Numbered from the stretch's first letter, positions 20,340 to 31,377 are shown. The stretch is 64,000 nucleotides of DNA from Sphaerochaeta sp. (GCA_022482495.1 JAKVPA010000003.1:208905-272904), one strand, 5' to 3'. The notes: generated by a model from the sequence alone, not told the origin. Program-made: numbers and translations.

Positions 20340-21047
20340 ATGAAACGAATTCTTCCCCTCATGATGATCGTGTCATTGGTGCTCAGTGGATGCGCGGTGA
20401 CGGAAAAACTCTCCATCAATCCTGCCGGAGACGGCAGATCAGATCTCGCGCTGTCCGCCGAGCCGTTCTTCATCGATGTCCTGAATGATTTCGAGGAGTT
20501 TTCCGACACCAAGAATCCTGAGTCGGTGATGGACAAGGCGGTATCCGACATCCAGAAGAACCTGCAGCGGGGAACAGGCACATCCCAGGTATCGTTCACC
20601 AAAACAGGAGAGCGCAGCTACGAAGGGGTCTTTTCCTTCTCCAGCATCTCCCGCCTGCTTTCCGACCTTGGGGCGGATCCCGACCAGAGCCTGTTGACCG
20701 TCAAGGACAATACGATGACATTCTACCTGGATCTGGAGAACTACCCCCAACTGACCAAAGTGATCCCGTTCTTGGCGGACAAGAACTTCGAGCCATTCGG
20801 CCCGACGTACAACCAAGGCATCTCCGCGGAGGATTATCTTGAGATGATCAGCTTTATGCTGGGCGACGAAGGACCGGATGCCATCACCTCGTCCTCCATC
20901 GTCCTGGACCTCCAGACACCGGGGGATATCACGGCGGTCAGCGGAGGCACGAAGACAGGCCCGCGAAGCTTCCGCTTCCAGTTCCCGCTCCTCGATTTCC
21001 TCCTGCTGCAAAAGCCCATCCAGTGCAGTGTGAGCTGGAAGAACTGA
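20340..21047 (+). CDS. Lipoprotein, hypothetical
   Basis: MKRILPLMMIVSLVLSGC lipobox. Confidence 0.55.
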   Translation: MKRILPLMMIVSLVLSGCAVTEKLSINPAGDGRSDLALSAEPFFIDVLNDFEEFSDTKNPESVMDKAVSDIQKNLQRGTGTSQVSFTKTGERSYEGVFSFSSISRLLSDLGADPDQSLLTVKDNTMTFYLDLENYPQLTKVIPFLADKNFEPFGPTYNQGISAEDYLEMISFMLGDEGPDAITSSSIVLDLQTPGDITAVSGGTKTGPRSFRFQFPLLDFLLLQKPIQCSVSWKN

Positions 21048-21048
21048 T

Positions 21049-22173
21049 CTATTTCGCCTGCTTGTTCACGTTGAACAGGAAGTGCATGATGTCTCCATCC
21101 TGCACGACGTAGTCCTTCCCTTCCATGCGGAGTTTTCCGGCTTCCCGGATCTTCTCCTCACTCTTGAAGGTGAACAGGTCGTTACAGTTGTACACCTCGG
21201 CCTTGATGAACCCTTTCTGGAAATCGGTGTGGATGATGCCGGCCGTCTCCGGGGCTTTCATCCCCGCCTTGAACGTCCACGCGCGGTCCTCGTCGGGACC
21301 GGCAGTGAAGAACGTCCTCAACCCCATGATATGGTAGGCATGCTGGATCAACCGGTTCAGGCCGGACTCCTCCAAGCCAACCGATTCCAGGAACTCCTTC
21401 TTGTCGTTCTCATCATCCAGCGCGGCGATCTCCGCTTCCATCTTGCCGCAGATCACCACCACCTCGGCGTGTTCCTCCGCAGCGATGGCGCGCACCGTCT
21501 TCACGTAGTCGTTGTCCGTCGTCGCGTGGTCTTCGTCGACATTGCAGACGTACACCACCGGCTTCTGGGTGATCAAATGGAGATCGTACAGGAGCCCAAG
21601 CTCCTCTTCATCCAAGCCAAGCGAGCGGACCGCCTTCCCATCGCCCAATCCCGCTTTGACCTTCTCCAACAGCGGCAGATACTTTTCCATCGCCTTGCGG
21701 TCCTCAGGCGTCATGCTCCTGGTCAGTTTGACCTGCTTGGCATACCGGTTCTCCACCGTGTCCAAATCGGCAAGGGCCAACTCCGTGTTGATCGTATCGA
21801 TGTCGCTTTTCGGATCCACCTTGTTGTTCACGTGGATGACATCAGCATCATCGAAGCAACGGACCACGTGGGCGATGACGCCCACCTCCCGAATGTTGGC
21901 GAGAAACTGGTTCCCCAGTCCTTCACCCTTGGACGCGCCGGCGACCAAACCGGCGATATCGACAAATTCAAACGTGGCGGGAATCAGCCGCTGCGGGGGG
22001 ATCAACGCCTTGATCTGGTCAAGCCGTTTGTCCGGGACGTTGACGATGCCCACGTTCGGATTGATCGTACAAAATGGATAGTTCGCAATTTCCGCGGGGG
22101 CGGCCGTCAGAGCGGAGAAAATGGTTGATTTCCCCACGTTGGGCAGTCCGACGATTCCACAATTCAGACCCAT
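21049..22173 (-). CDS. ychF: Ribosome-binding ATPase YchF (Obg-family GTPase)
   Basis: [23 protein letters not shown]...[11 protein letters not shown]...FVDIAGLV and a TGS-like C-terminus. The ORF track extends further upstream, but the conserved N-terminus starts at 22173. Confidence 0.9.
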   Translation of the reverse strand: MGLNCGIVGLPNVGKSTIFSALTAAPAEIANYPFCTINPNVGIVNVPDKRLDQIKALIPPQRLIPATFEFVDIAGLVAGASKGEGLGNQFLANIREVGVIAHVVRCFDDADVIHVNNKVDPKSDIDTINTELALADLDTVENRYAKQVKLTRSMTPEDRKAMEKYLPLLEKVKAGLGDGKAVRSLGLDEEELGLLYDLHLITQKPVVYVCNVDEDHATTDNDYVKTVRAIAAEEHAEVVVICGKMEAEIAALDDENDKKEFLESVGLEESGLNRLIQHAYHIMGLRTFFTAGPDEDRAWTFKAGMKAPETAGIIHTDFQKGFIKAEVYNCNDLFTFKSEEKIREAGKLRMEGKDYVVQDGDIMHFLFNVNKQAK

Positions 22174-22286
22174 AGGATACCTCTCCACGAGAGTGTAGCA
22201 CGATACGTGCTTTGGCTCAATGCGAAACAGGCCGCAGGGGGGTCGGGAGACTGCACAAACCGGGAAAACACGATAGACTGTGCGGT

Positions 22287-23570
22287 ATGTACGAAACCAA
22301 AGAAGCGCCGGCAAAGGCGTTGCTGTTTTCCCTGAAGGAAGACGGGTCCGACCCGTTGATGGAAGCGTTGAACCGTGAGGAGCTGGAAAGCCTGGTCTCC
22401 ACATTGGGGGACGAGGTGCTCTCCAGCGAAGAGATACCGGTACGGACCATCAGTCCTGCCACCTACATCGGCAGTGGCAAGGTCCAGGAGATCAAGGAAG
22501 AGATACAGGAGAAGGACGCCAACCTCGTCGTCTTCAACATGATTCTCTCCCCCCGTGTCCAGCGGAACCTGGAGAAGGCATGGGAGACCCCGGTGATCGA
22601 CCGCGAGGAGGTGATCCTCCGGATCTTCGCCCAGCGGGCCAGGACGAAGGAAGCCAAGCTCCAGGTGGAACTGGCCAGCCTGCAGTATCAGCGGCCACGC
22701 CTCAGACGGATGTGGACCGGGCTGAACCGGCAGCACGGTGGATTCTACGGGACCAAGGGAGAAGGAGAGACCCAGCTGGAACTTGACCAGCGGATCATCG
22801 ATGACAAGATCGTCCAGCTGAAAAAGGATCTTGCCAAGGTATCCAAGGACCGGGAGATGCAGCGGCAAAGCAGGATGCGCAGCCCCCTGCCCCGTTGCGC
22901 CATCGTCGGCTACACCAACAGCGGTAAATCATCCCTGCTGAACCTTCTCGCTCCGGATGCCGGAGTCCTGGTGGAGGACAAGCTGTTCGCCACCCTTGAT
23001 CCCACCACCCGGATGGTCAAGCTCCCCGGAGGGGAAGAGATGTTGCTCTCTGATACGGTAGGATTCGTCAGCAACCTTCCCACCCATCTGGTGGAAGCGT
23101 TCAAGAGCACGCTGGAAGAAGCCAAGTACGCCGATTTCCTGATCATCGTCTGCGACGCATCCCACCCGGACATGCTCTCCTGCTGGAATACGACGAAAAC
23201 GGTACTTGAAGAGCTCTCCTGCGCCGACAAACCGGCCATCGTGTTCATCAACAAGATGGACAAGCCGTTCGACATGTTCGCCGTCAACCGGCTGAAGACG
23301 CTCTCCCCGATCGTCGTCACCGGTTCGGTGACGGAGAAGTCCAACATCGATGTGCTTGATGATGTCATTCTGGATATGATCCACCGTCTCAGCCCGGTGA
23401 TGGATCTGACCATCCCGGAAGACCGTTACGACCTGGTGGCCCGCATCCGCAGGGAGGGACAGATCATCACCATCGATTATTCCGGCGAAGGCGTCCACCT
23501 GACGGCGCGGGTGCAGAACCCATCGCTCAGGGACCTGCTTGAGCCATTTCTCGCCTTCGCCAAAGCATAA
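22287..23570 (+). CDS. hflX: GTPase HflX
   Basis: HflX N-domain, G1 motif VGYTNSGKSSLLN and DTVGF. It is divergent from ychF. Confidence 0.85.
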   Translation: MYETKEAPAKALLFSLKEDGSDPLMEALNREELESLVSTLGDEVLSSEEIPVRTISPATYIGSGKVQEIKEEIQEKDANLVVFNMILSPRVQRNLEKAWETPVIDREEVILRIFAQRARTKEAKLQVELASLQYQRPRLRRMWTGLNRQHGGFYGTKGEGETQLELDQRIIDDKIVQLKKDLAKVSKDREMQRQSRMRSPLPRCAIVGYTNSGKSSLLNLLAPDAGVLVEDKLFATLDPTTRMVKLPGGEEMLLSDTVGFVSNLPTHLVEAFKSTLEEAKYADFLIIVCDASHPDMLSCWNTTKTVLEELSCADKPAIVFINKMDKPFDMFAVNRLKTLSPIVVTGSVTEKSNIDVLDDVILDMIHRLSPVMDLTIPEDRYDLVARIRREGQIITIDYSGEGVHLTARVQNPSLRDLLEPFLAFAKA

Positions 23571-23615
23571 AAAAACGGAGGTCCGAAGATCCCCGTCCTT
23601 CCCTCATGCAGAGGA

Positions 23616-24122
23616 TTAGTTGAACAGGTACAGGGCGCCGAGCGCTCCACCCATGGTAAATCCGATCGTCGGGAAGATATCCAGACCCGGACCCAGCATC
23701 AGGTAGAAGCTCCACGGAGCCTTGGGGAACTGGTAGTTCAGACGAACAGGCGCCAATGCGGCAAGGTGAAAACCACCGTTGTTGTCATTGGAATCAGGAA
23801 GGATGAATCCTACCTGGCCAACCGCACCGACGGTGAGGAACCAGGAACCATCCGTCCAGTCGAAATCAGCGACCTTGAAGTTCACGCCGACATCACCACC
23901 AACCCAACCAAGCCAATTGCCATTGGCGGAGCCGAGGGAAACATCACCGATCAAATCAAAGCTGTTGCTCATCTTGTACTGGAACGCCACACCATTGGTG
24001 GGCCAGCCCAAGTTCACACCGACTGCGTATTTCGTGGTCGCGGCACCGATGGTGTTGCTTTTTGCGGCAACCGGCGCGATCAACAGGGCAACGACAATCA
24101 AAACCAACCAAATCTTTTTCAT
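23616..24122 (-). CDS. Small outer-membrane beta-barrel-like protein, hypothetical
   Basis: Signal peptide MKKIWLVLIVVALLIAPVAA, Gly/aromatic-rich alternating strands and a C-terminal ...YLFN. Confidence 0.5.
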   Translation of the reverse strand: MKKIWLVLIVVALLIAPVAAKSNTIGAATTKYAVGVNLGWPTNGVAFQYKMSNSFDLIGDVSLGSANGNWLGWVGGDVGVNFKVADFDWTDGSWFLTVGAVGQVGFILPDSNDNNGGFHLAALAPVRLNYQFPKAPWSFYLMLGPGLDIFPTIGFTMGGALGALYLFN

Positions 24123-24268
24123 TGTTTTTTTCCTTCCCGAAGGGATTGAATCCCTTCTCAGTTTCGTAGCGACAAACACTACATTTCTCAACATTACGTG
24201 TTGTCAGATATCGACTGCATCATCCCAAAACAGCCAAGAAGTGTCAAGACTGGCGGAAGAGTTCCTAT

Positions 24269-25888
24269 TTGGTTATGATGGCGGCAGAGGTTCGTATGCA
24301 AGAGAGACAATTGACCGGCCGCGGTCTTCTTATCGGTCTTGGAGGCTTGGTCGTCATCACGGCAAGCTCGATGTACGTCGCCCTCCGCATGGGGGCGCTT
24401 CCCTGGCCTACGGTGTTCGTCACCGTCATCTCCATGGCGGCCCTGAAGAAATGCAAGAACAGTACGATCCATGAGATCAACTGCACCCATACGGTAATGA
24501 GCGCCGGCGCCATGGTTGCCGGAGGCTTGGCCTTCACCCTTCCAGGCCTGTGGATGCTGGATCCTTCGGCCAGCATTCCCACCTTCACCCTGATCGCCTT
24601 GACCATCGTCGGTACCATCCTCGGCACGGCGTTCACCGCCGTGTTCCGCAGACGGATGATCGAACAGGAACAGCTCCCTTACCCGATGGGACAAGCGGCG
24701 TACAACACCCTGTCCGCCGGCATGGAAGGAGGCAAGAACGCCAAGACGCTGTTCGCATCCATGGGCGCCTCCGCCCTGTTCACCGCCATCCGTGACGGAG
24801 CGGGGAAAATCCCTTCATTGCTCCAGCTTGCAGCCGGTACAGCGTTCAGCCAGCCCATGTACATCTGGGTTTCCCCGATGGCCGTCGGCATCGGAGCGAT
24901 CATCGGCCCAGTCCTGGCGTTGGTCTGGCTCCTTGGCATGGTTCTCGGCTACTACGTCATCACCCCGGTGGGATTGGCAACCGGACTGTTTGCCGACATG
25001 AACGCCGCTGAGCTGTTCCGACAAAACCTGGGCATCGGCCTGATGATCGGCACCGGCTTGGGTGTTCTGGTGAAAGCAGTGATCCATCTCATCTCCAAAC
25101 GCACCAAGACGGAACGGAAGAAGCTCACGCCCCGGGCATTATTCTCCCTGTTGCTGCTCTCCCTCCTCTGCATGATCATGCTGACGCTGACCACCAGTGT
25201 GACGTTCCCGGAAACGATTGTGTTGGTCATCGGCGTTTTCTGCGCCACCTACCTGTCCAGCATGCTGACCGGCCAGACCGGGATCAACCCGATGGAAATC
25301 TTCGGTATTCTGGTGCTGTTGGTCGTCCAGCCGCTGTTCCATCCCGCATTGGCCCCGGCATTCACCATCGTGGCGGTCACTGCCGTGGCGTGCGGACTGG
25401 CGGGAGACGTGATGAACGACCTGAAGTGCGGATACCTCCTCGGCGCTGATCCCCGCCAGCAGATCCTCGGCGAAGGCATCGGTGGCGTGGTGGGATCGAT
25501 TGTTTCGGTGTTTGTCCTGTTGGCGTTGAAGCAGTCATTCGGTTCCTTTGGAACGGCGGAGCTTCCCGCGCCCCAGGCGGCGGCCGTCAGCGCGATGATC
25601 GGTGGCCCCAAACAGATGCCGGCCTTTTTGATCGGTTGTGTTGTGGGTCTGGTACTGTTCCTCTGCAACGTCCCGACGGCCACCCTAGGGTTGGGCGTAT
25701 ATCTTTCCACGGCGATCAGCACCATCATGGCGGTGGGTGCGCTGGTCGCGTTGCTGGTCCGTAAAGTCGCCGGACGAGCCAAAACCGACACCAAGCTGGT
25801 GGACACCAACCTGGCATTGGTTTCCAGCGGATTCCTTGGGGGTGAAGGAATCACCGGAGTGATCATCGCCATCATCTCCATGTTCTAA
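24269..25888 (+). CDS. OPT-family oligopeptide transporter (putative)
   Basis: Polytopic membrane protein of about 16 TM helices with an OPT-like Gly-rich helix pattern. Confidence 0.55.
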   Translation: MVMMAAEVRMQERQLTGRGLLIGLGGLVVITASSMYVALRMGALPWPTVFVTVISMAALKKCKNSTIHEINCTHTVMSAGAMVAGGLAFTLPGLWMLDPSASIPTFTLIALTIVGTILGTAFTAVFRRRMIEQEQLPYPMGQAAYNTLSAGMEGGKNAKTLFASMGASALFTAIRDGAGKIPSLLQLAAGTAFSQPMYIWVSPMAVGIGAIIGPVLALVWLLGMVLGYYVITPVGLATGLFADMNAAELFRQNLGIGLMIGTGLGVLVKAVIHLISKRTKTERKKLTPRALFSLLLLSLLCMIMLTLTTSVTFPETIVLVIGVFCATYLSSMLTGQTGINPMEIFGILVLLVVQPLFHPALAPAFTIVAVTAVACGLAGDVMNDLKCGYLLGADPRQQILGEGIGGVVGSIVSVFVLLALKQSFGSFGTAELPAPQAAAVSAMIGGPKQMPAFLIGCVVGLVLFLCNVPTATLGLGVYLSTAISTIMAVGALVALLVRKVAGRAKTDTKLVDTNLALVSSGFLGGEGITGVIIAIISMF

Positions 25889-25899
25889 GGAAGGAAAAA

Positions 25900-26976
25900 A
25901 TGGAAACTACCAAACGGATGCCACTGTCCCTGTATGGACTCTCACCGGAAAACCTGGTCACCGCGCTGGATCTGCAGAGGCCGTACGAAGGCAAACAGAT
26001 CTATCGCTGGCTGGTCAAAGGAGCTTCATCGTTCTCCGAAATGACCGACCTGTCCAAAGCGGAACGGGAACGGCTGGGGGCTTTGATGCCCAGCCTGTGC
26101 AGTTCCACAGTGGAAACCAGTTCCAGTGACGATGACGCCACCAAGCTGGCCATCCGGCTGCACGACGGCGGCTTGATCGAATGCGTCGTCCTGACCAACG
26201 GCAAAGGGCAACGCACCGCGTGCCTTTCCAGCCAGGTGGGATGTGCCATGGGCTGCGCGTTCTGCCGCACCGGCACGATGGGGCTGGCCCGCAACCTTGC
26301 CACGGAAGAGATCATCGAACAGTTCATCCATCTGTCCAAACTGGGCAAAATCGCCCGCATCGTCTTCATGGGCATGGGAGAGCCGATGGCCAATCTTCCC
26401 AACGTGCTCCGCGCCATCCACTTCTTCCATGATCCCGATGGATTCGGCATCAGCTACCGGAGGATCACCATCAGCACGTGTGGCGTCGTGCCGGGCATCG
26501 GGAAGATCTCCGAGCTGAAGCTCCCCATCCGGTTGGCCGTCTCCCTGGTGTCGGCGGACGATACGCTGCGTAGCCGCATCATGCCGGTGAACCGCACCTG
26601 GAACCTGGCACCGTTGCGCCAGGCGCTGGCAAGCTACCAGCACGACGGTGGTAAACGGTTCACCTTCGAGTACTGCATGCTGGGCGGCGTCAATACGACG
26701 GAGTCGGCGGCGAAAAAACTCTCCGCCTACACCAAAGGCCTGGATGTGATCGTCAATCTGATCCCCTACAACGAAGCGGCTGAGTTGCCTTGGCACGCTC
26801 CGTCGGAAGAGGAGATCAGATCGTTCACCCATTACCTCGACCTGATGCGCGTCCCCTACACCATCCGCATCTCCCGCGGCGGGAACATCAGCGGGGCGTG
26901 CGGCCAGCTGGCCACCAAGGCGATGTCCGGTTACGAAGAGGACGAGGACGACGAACCAGAAGCCCCAGCGCGATAA
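25900..26976 (+). CDS. rlmN: 23S rRNA (adenine2503-C2)-methyltransferase RlmN, a dual-specificity radical-SAM enzyme
   Basis: CAMGCAFC radical-SAM motif plus the conserved RlmN residues SSQVGC and GMGEP. Confidence 0.9.
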   Translation: METTKRMPLSLYGLSPENLVTALDLQRPYEGKQIYRWLVKGASSFSEMTDLSKAERERLGALMPSLCSSTVETSSSDDDATKLAIRLHDGGLIECVVLTNGKGQRTACLSSQVGCAMGCAFCRTGTMGLARNLATEEIIEQFIHLSKLGKIARIVFMGMGEPMANLPNVLRAIHFFHDPDGFGISYRRITISTCGVVPGIGKISELKLPIRLAVSLVSADDTLRSRIMPVNRTWNLAPLRQALASYQHDGGKRFTFEYCMLGGVNTTESAAKKLSAYTKGLDVIVNLIPYNEAAELPWHAPSEEEIRSFTHYLDLMRVPYTIRISRGGNISGACGQLATKAMSGYEEDEDDEPEAPAR

Positions 26977-28081
26977 CCAGGACGAGAACGCCCAGCCAGA
27001 ACGCGCCGGAGATCGTCCGGTCCGCTACCGTTCCCAGCAATGGGGAGAGGAGAATCTCCACGCCATCGAAGCCCATCTGCTGCAGTGACAGCACCGTCGC
27101 CCGGTTTCCTTCCCCGGTGAACGAAACCTGGGTGCGCGTCGCGTAGGGAAGAAACAGCGTGCTTCCCAGCCGGAGGGCAAGCACCCCGATGACGGCGCTT
27201 GCCATCCCCGTCCCCCACGCCAACGCGACGCACCCTGAAATGGCGAGCGAAAAACAAACCAACGAGGCGCCCCTGTGGCGGTACAGCCGTTCGGACCATA
27301 CGCCGCCCGCGATGGAGACCAAGGATAGCGCCAGATACGGGAAAGAGAACGAAGAGACGGCAAGGCCGGAAGCCTGGTAACGAACCTGCACCAAAAACAC
27401 GGTGAGAATCTGGTTGACGGCGGCGACCAGCGCGACGGCAAGCAGAAACCGCACTTCCTCCCATCGCGGACGGGTCCACCTCACCCCGTGCCCGTTTTTC
27501 TCTTCCATCGGGACTTCCGGAAGCAACACCATGCATCCTAACGAAAGGAAACTGGTGATGACGGTCAGCCAACCGCTTTGCTCCAAGGGATCAGAAAGAA
27601 ACGGGAACAACACGGAGACGACCAGGAGGCCGGCCATGCCGCTTGCCTGGTAGACTCCGTATCCCTTCTGGCTTCCGTCCACCCGGGAAAGGTAGGCGGA
27701 ATCCACCCCACTCTGGGCGCTGTTCGCCACAGCGAGCAGGAGCCGTTCGATGAGGAACACGGAGAAGGAATGAGCCTTCCAGAATACAATTTTCGAGAGG
27801 AACAGGACGAGGGAGGAGATCACCAACGTCCTGCGATACCCGATCCGGTCGGCGACATATCCCCACGGGACCTCCAGAAGGAGGCCCAACGCCAGGGAGA
27901 TCGACTCTATGACCAGCAGGGATGTAAGGTTCAGTCCCCTCGCCTGACGGTACACCGTGGCGATCGGGGCATAGAACACCAATCCAGCGAAAAACGACGA
28001 AAGACAAAGCAGTCTCCCGCCATGAGACGTAACGGAACGCATACGACACACTCCATGCATACGGATACCGGCCTCGTACAA
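26888..28081 (-). CDS. MFS transporter
   Basis: 12-TM pattern. The C-terminal tail overlaps the rlmN 3' end by 89 nt. The true start may be an internal Met. Confidence 0.7.
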   Translation of the reverse strand: MYEAGIRMHGVCRMRSVTSHGGRLLCLSSFFAGLVFYAPIATVYRQARGLNLTSLLVIESISLALGLLLEVPWGYVADRIGYRRTLVISSLVLFLSKIVFWKAHSFSVFLIERLLLAVANSAQSGVDSAYLSRVDGSQKGYGVYQASGMAGLLVVSVLFPFLSDPLEQSGWLTVITSFLSLGCMVLLPEVPMEEKNGHGVRWTRPRWEEVRFLLAVALVAAVNQILTVFLVQVRYQASGLAVSSFSFPYLALSLVSIAGGVWSERLYRHRGASLVCFSLAISGCVALAWGTGMASAVIGVLALRLGSTLFLPYATRTQVSFTGEGNRATVLSLQQMGFDGVEILLSPLLGTVADRTISGAFWLGVLVLVIALGLLVRRPRPLRNRTSPWWPAGRTPR

Positions 28082-28138
28082 GGCCGGAGAAAAAGATCCG
28101 TATGCTCAGATTGGAGCGTGCCGCACTGCTTCCTCGAT

Positions 28139-29482
28139 TCAGCGAGCCAGGGAGCCCATTGGATCCCATGGCTTCAGGACGATCGGCTTTTGGGAGAGCA
28201 TCGCTTTCTGCGCTTCAGAAAGATACTTCTTGTTGACGACCACCTGGTAGGTGTACTCGTCGAACCACCGGTCCGTCATGACGAAGAACCCTTTCAGTCC
28301 GGGTTCATCGCCCCAGGAATTCTCCACTCTCCAACGGTCAGGCGTCCCGTTCTCATCCAGGTTCACCCCGGTGAGCACCATGGCATGGGTCATCAGGCTC
28401 TCGCCGTAGTCCAGCCGCTGAGCCTTGGAAAGCGGGAAATTGGTATCGAACAGATCCTTGACGTCCAATGCTTCCAGATCCATCATGCCGGCCTTCCGGT
28501 CGGAGAACTGCCCGACATCACTGCCGAACCACACCGCCTTGCCATCCTTCAGCTGCTTGATGGCCAGATCCTTCAGGTCGGAGATGGGAAGGTTCAGGTA
28601 GAACACGTCGCGTCCCCCTTTGACGTTGCCCAGGTACTGCACGGTAAAGGTCTTGCCGTACGGTTTGTCCGCCGTCGGCGCGTTGATCAACGACACGTAG
28701 TCATCCAGGTTCATGCCGACATACTTCTCGTAGAATTCCTTTGGTGTGATCTTTTCGTCGCGGATGAACTTGTCGTTCTTGTCCCGCGTCTCGAAGGTGA
28801 AGGTCACCGGGGGCTTGCCCAGGGCGATGCACAGCATCCGATAGATCGTCTGCAGCATGTCCTGCTTCATCACCCTGAGCTCCGCTTCCGTCTTGCCGTT
28901 CTTGGAAGCGGCAGTACGAAGAATGCAGGCGAATTCCCTGAGTTTGGTGGTCAGGTACTTGTCCAGCTCGCGGGTCGCCGACGAAGCGACCGATTCCGGC
29001 ATCGCTTCCTTGGGCACCACACCGTACTTCTCCACCAGGTTGACGAACATGTCCCACTGACCGCCGTCTCCCATCGGGCCGGACAACAGGTAGCTGACCA
29101 CGCGGCCGTCAACCGGCTCGTCCTTCGTCTCGATGATCGATTCCAGAAACCAGTTGGATCTCTCCAACTTGTCCCAGAACAGTGGATAGTTCTGGGAAAG
29201 CTCAAACGTCTTCAGGTTGAGCTTCTCCATCACCTCGATGCGCATCACGTTCAACGCGGCGAACATCCAGCACCGGCCGGATTGCTTCTGGTTGGTAATG
29301 TCCCCCACATTGGGAAGACTCACCGAAAAGCTGTGGCGCACTTCACGGGGACGATACACGTTGGCGGCGCTCTGGTTGATGCCATTGGCCACCACGGCGT
29401 TCATCGCCACGATGTGCTCCCGCTTGCTGTCAAAACTGGTACCAAACTCCTGAATATCTTCACGAGTGATTGATTCGTTCAT
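28139..29482 (-). CDS. pepC: Aminopeptidase C / bleomycin hydrolase (C1 peptidase family)
   Basis: Active-site region QKQSGRCWMFAALN and overall PepC-type length and sequence. Confidence 0.85.
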   Translation of the reverse strand: MNESITREDIQEFGTSFDSKREHIVAMNAVVANGINQSAANVYRPREVRHSFSVSLPNVGDITNQKQSGRCWMFAALNVMRIEVMEKLNLKTFELSQNYPLFWDKLERSNWFLESIIETKDEPVDGRVVSYLLSGPMGDGGQWDMFVNLVEKYGVVPKEAMPESVASSATRELDKYLTTKLREFACILRTAASKNGKTEAELRVMKQDMLQTIYRMLCIALGKPPVTFTFETRDKNDKFIRDEKITPKEFYEKYVGMNLDDYVSLINAPTADKPYGKTFTVQYLGNVKGGRDVFYLNLPISDLKDLAIKQLKDGKAVWFGSDVGQFSDRKAGMMDLEALDVKDLFDTNFPLSKAQRLDYGESLMTHAMVLTGVNLDENGTPDRWRVENSWGDEPGLKGFFVMTDRWFDEYTYQVVVNKKYLSEAQKAMLSQKPIVLKPWDPMGSLAR

Positions 29483-29536
29483 TGTAAAACTCCTTCAAAA
29501 AAGGAGGGCTCCCACCAGAGAGCCCATCCCTTGTCG

Positions 29537-31330
29537 TTATTTCTCAAGGACTGCCTTGATCCTCCGCACGCCTGCGGAAGAGCTCTGTTCCTTGACGATC
29601 TTGAAATGCCCCATGCCACCGGTATGGGTGACGTGCGGGCCTCCGCACACTTCCCGTGAGAAGTCTCCGATGGAATACACCTTGACCTGTTCGCCGTACT
29701 TGGCGGAGAACTGGGCGAACGCACCTTCCTTCTTGGCGTCCTCCAGACTCATCACATCGCACCGCACCGGGAGATCGGCCTGGATTTCCTTGTTGACCAA
29801 GTCTTCCACCTGCTGGATCTCTTCCTTGGTCAGCGGCTTGTCATGGTCGAAATCAAAACGGAGCCGCTCCTCGGTGATGTTGGAACCCAGCTGCTTGACG
29901 TAGCCGCCCAGCACGACGCACAGCGCCTTGTGCAACAGGTGCGTCGCCGTGTGGAGCGCCGTTGTTTCGGCGCTGTGGTCGGCCAAGCCGCCTTTGAACA
30001 CCTGCTCGGCGCCGCCGCGGCTGATGGCCTGGTGTTTTTCGAACGCTTCCTTGAAGCCAGCCTCATCCACCGTCATGCCATGCTCTTTGGCAAGCTCTTT
30101 GGTCAGCTCAATGGGATAGCCGTACGTATCGTACAGCTTGAACGCCGTCCGACCGCCGATCCGCTTCTGGGGATCCTTCAGCAGGTTGGGCAGCATCTTC
30201 TCAAATTCACGCTCCCCTTTGACCAGCGTCTCCTCGAACTTCTCTTCCTCGGCCTGCAGTTCCTTGAAAATGAAATCCTTGTGGGCCAGAAGCTCAGGAT
30301 ACGGAGCACCATACAGATCCAGGACGATCGGGGCAAGGTCACAGAGGAACGGCTTGTCCATCCCCAGCTTGTGACCGTGCCGCACGGCGCGACGGATCAA
30401 ACGGCGCAGGATGTACCCCTGCCCGACGTTGGACGGAGCCATGCCTTTCTCATCCCCCAGAATGAACACCGCCGTACGGATGTGGTCGGCGATGATCCGC
30501 ATGGAAATATCCGTATCCGCGCTCTGGCCGTACGTCACGCCACTGAGTTTGGAAATCCCTTCCAGGATTGGGGTGAACACTTCCGTCTCATAGACGCTCT
30601 TCTTCCCCTGCAGAATGGTGATGGTCCGTTCGATGCCCATGCCGGTGTCGATGCACTTGCGTTCCATCGGGACGTACTTGCCTTCCGGGGTTTTCCGATA
30701 GCCCATGAACACGTCGTTCCATACTTCGAAGTACTTGCCGCAATGGCAACCTGGCCTGCAGTCAGGGCCACAGGCGGGAGCTCCGGTGTCGATGAACATC
30801 TCGCTGTCCGGACCGCAGGGACCGGTCTCTCCGGCCGGACCCCACCAGTTGTCCTCGCGGGGCAGGAAGTAGATCCGCTCCTTGGGGATGCCATGGCTCA
30901 TCCACGCTTCGGCGGCCTCGTTGTCCCGGGGTACCTCATCGTCACCGGCAAACACAGTGACGGAGAGCTTGTTCTGGTCGATGCCCAGCACCTGGGTGAG
31001 GAACTCATAGCTGTAGGCGATGGCCTCTTTCTTGAAGTACGCGCCCAACGACCAGTTGCCCAACATTTCGAAGAACGTCAGGTGGCTGGGATCACCCACC
31101 TCATCGATGTCTCCGGTACGGATGCATTTCTGGTAGTCACAGAGCATTTTCCCCGCAGGGTGCTCCGCTCCAAGAATATAAGGTACAAGGGGATGCATGC
31201 CGGCTGTGGTAAACAGCACGGTCGGATCATTCTCCGGAATCAGTGAGGCCCCGCTGATCTGCTTATGGCCTTTGCTGACGAAGAAATCAATATACTTCTG
31301 ACGTAATTCATTAGCGGTCAACTGTTTCAT
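29537..31330 (-). CDS. alaS: Alanine--tRNA ligase, a short form that ends after the editing domain and has no C-Ala domain
   Basis: N-terminus MKQLTANELRQKYIDFFVSKGH...FTTAGM. Editing-domain HxxxH...CGGPHV motifs lie at the C-terminus. Length is about 598 aa from the ATG (614 aa from the TTG). Confidence 0.85.
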   Translation of the reverse strand: MKQLTANELRQKYIDFFVSKGHKQISGASLIPENDPTVLFTTAGMHPLVPYILGAEHPAGKMLCDYQKCIRTGDIDEVGDPSHLTFFEMLGNWSLGAYFKKEAIAYSYEFLTQVLGIDQNKLSVTVFAGDDEVPRDNEAAEAWMSHGIPKERIYFLPREDNWWGPAGETGPCGPDSEMFIDTGAPACGPDCRPGCHCGKYFEVWNDVFMGYRKTPEGKYVPMERKCIDTGMGIERTITILQGKKSVYETEVFTPILEGISKLSGVTYGQSADTDISMRIIADHIRTAVFILGDEKGMAPSNVGQGYILRRLIRRAVRHGHKLGMDKPFLCDLAPIVLDLYGAPYPELLAHKDFIFKELQAEEEKFEETLVKGEREFEKMLPNLLKDPQKRIGGRTAFKLYDTYGYPIELTKELAKEHGMTVDEAGFKEAFEKHQAISRGGAEQVFKGGLADHSAETTALHTATHLLHKALCVVLGGYVKQLGSNITEERLRFDFDHDKPLTKEEIQQVEDLVNKEIQADLPVRCDVMSLEDAKKEGAFAQFSAKYGEQVKVYSIGDFSREVCGGPHVTHTGGMGHFKIVKEQSSSAGVRRIKAVLEK

Positions 31331-31377
31331 AGTACCAAGAATCTTAGGTAAACCCCCGTGGAGTGTCAAGGCGATGA

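Noticed and set aside
21049-22404. N-terminal 77-codon extension of the ychF ORF (22174..22404)
   Set aside because: The extension is Pro/Arg-rich and non-conserved, and the conserved YchF N-terminus [17 protein letters not shown] begins at 22173. The extension also overlaps the divergent hflX promoter/start region.
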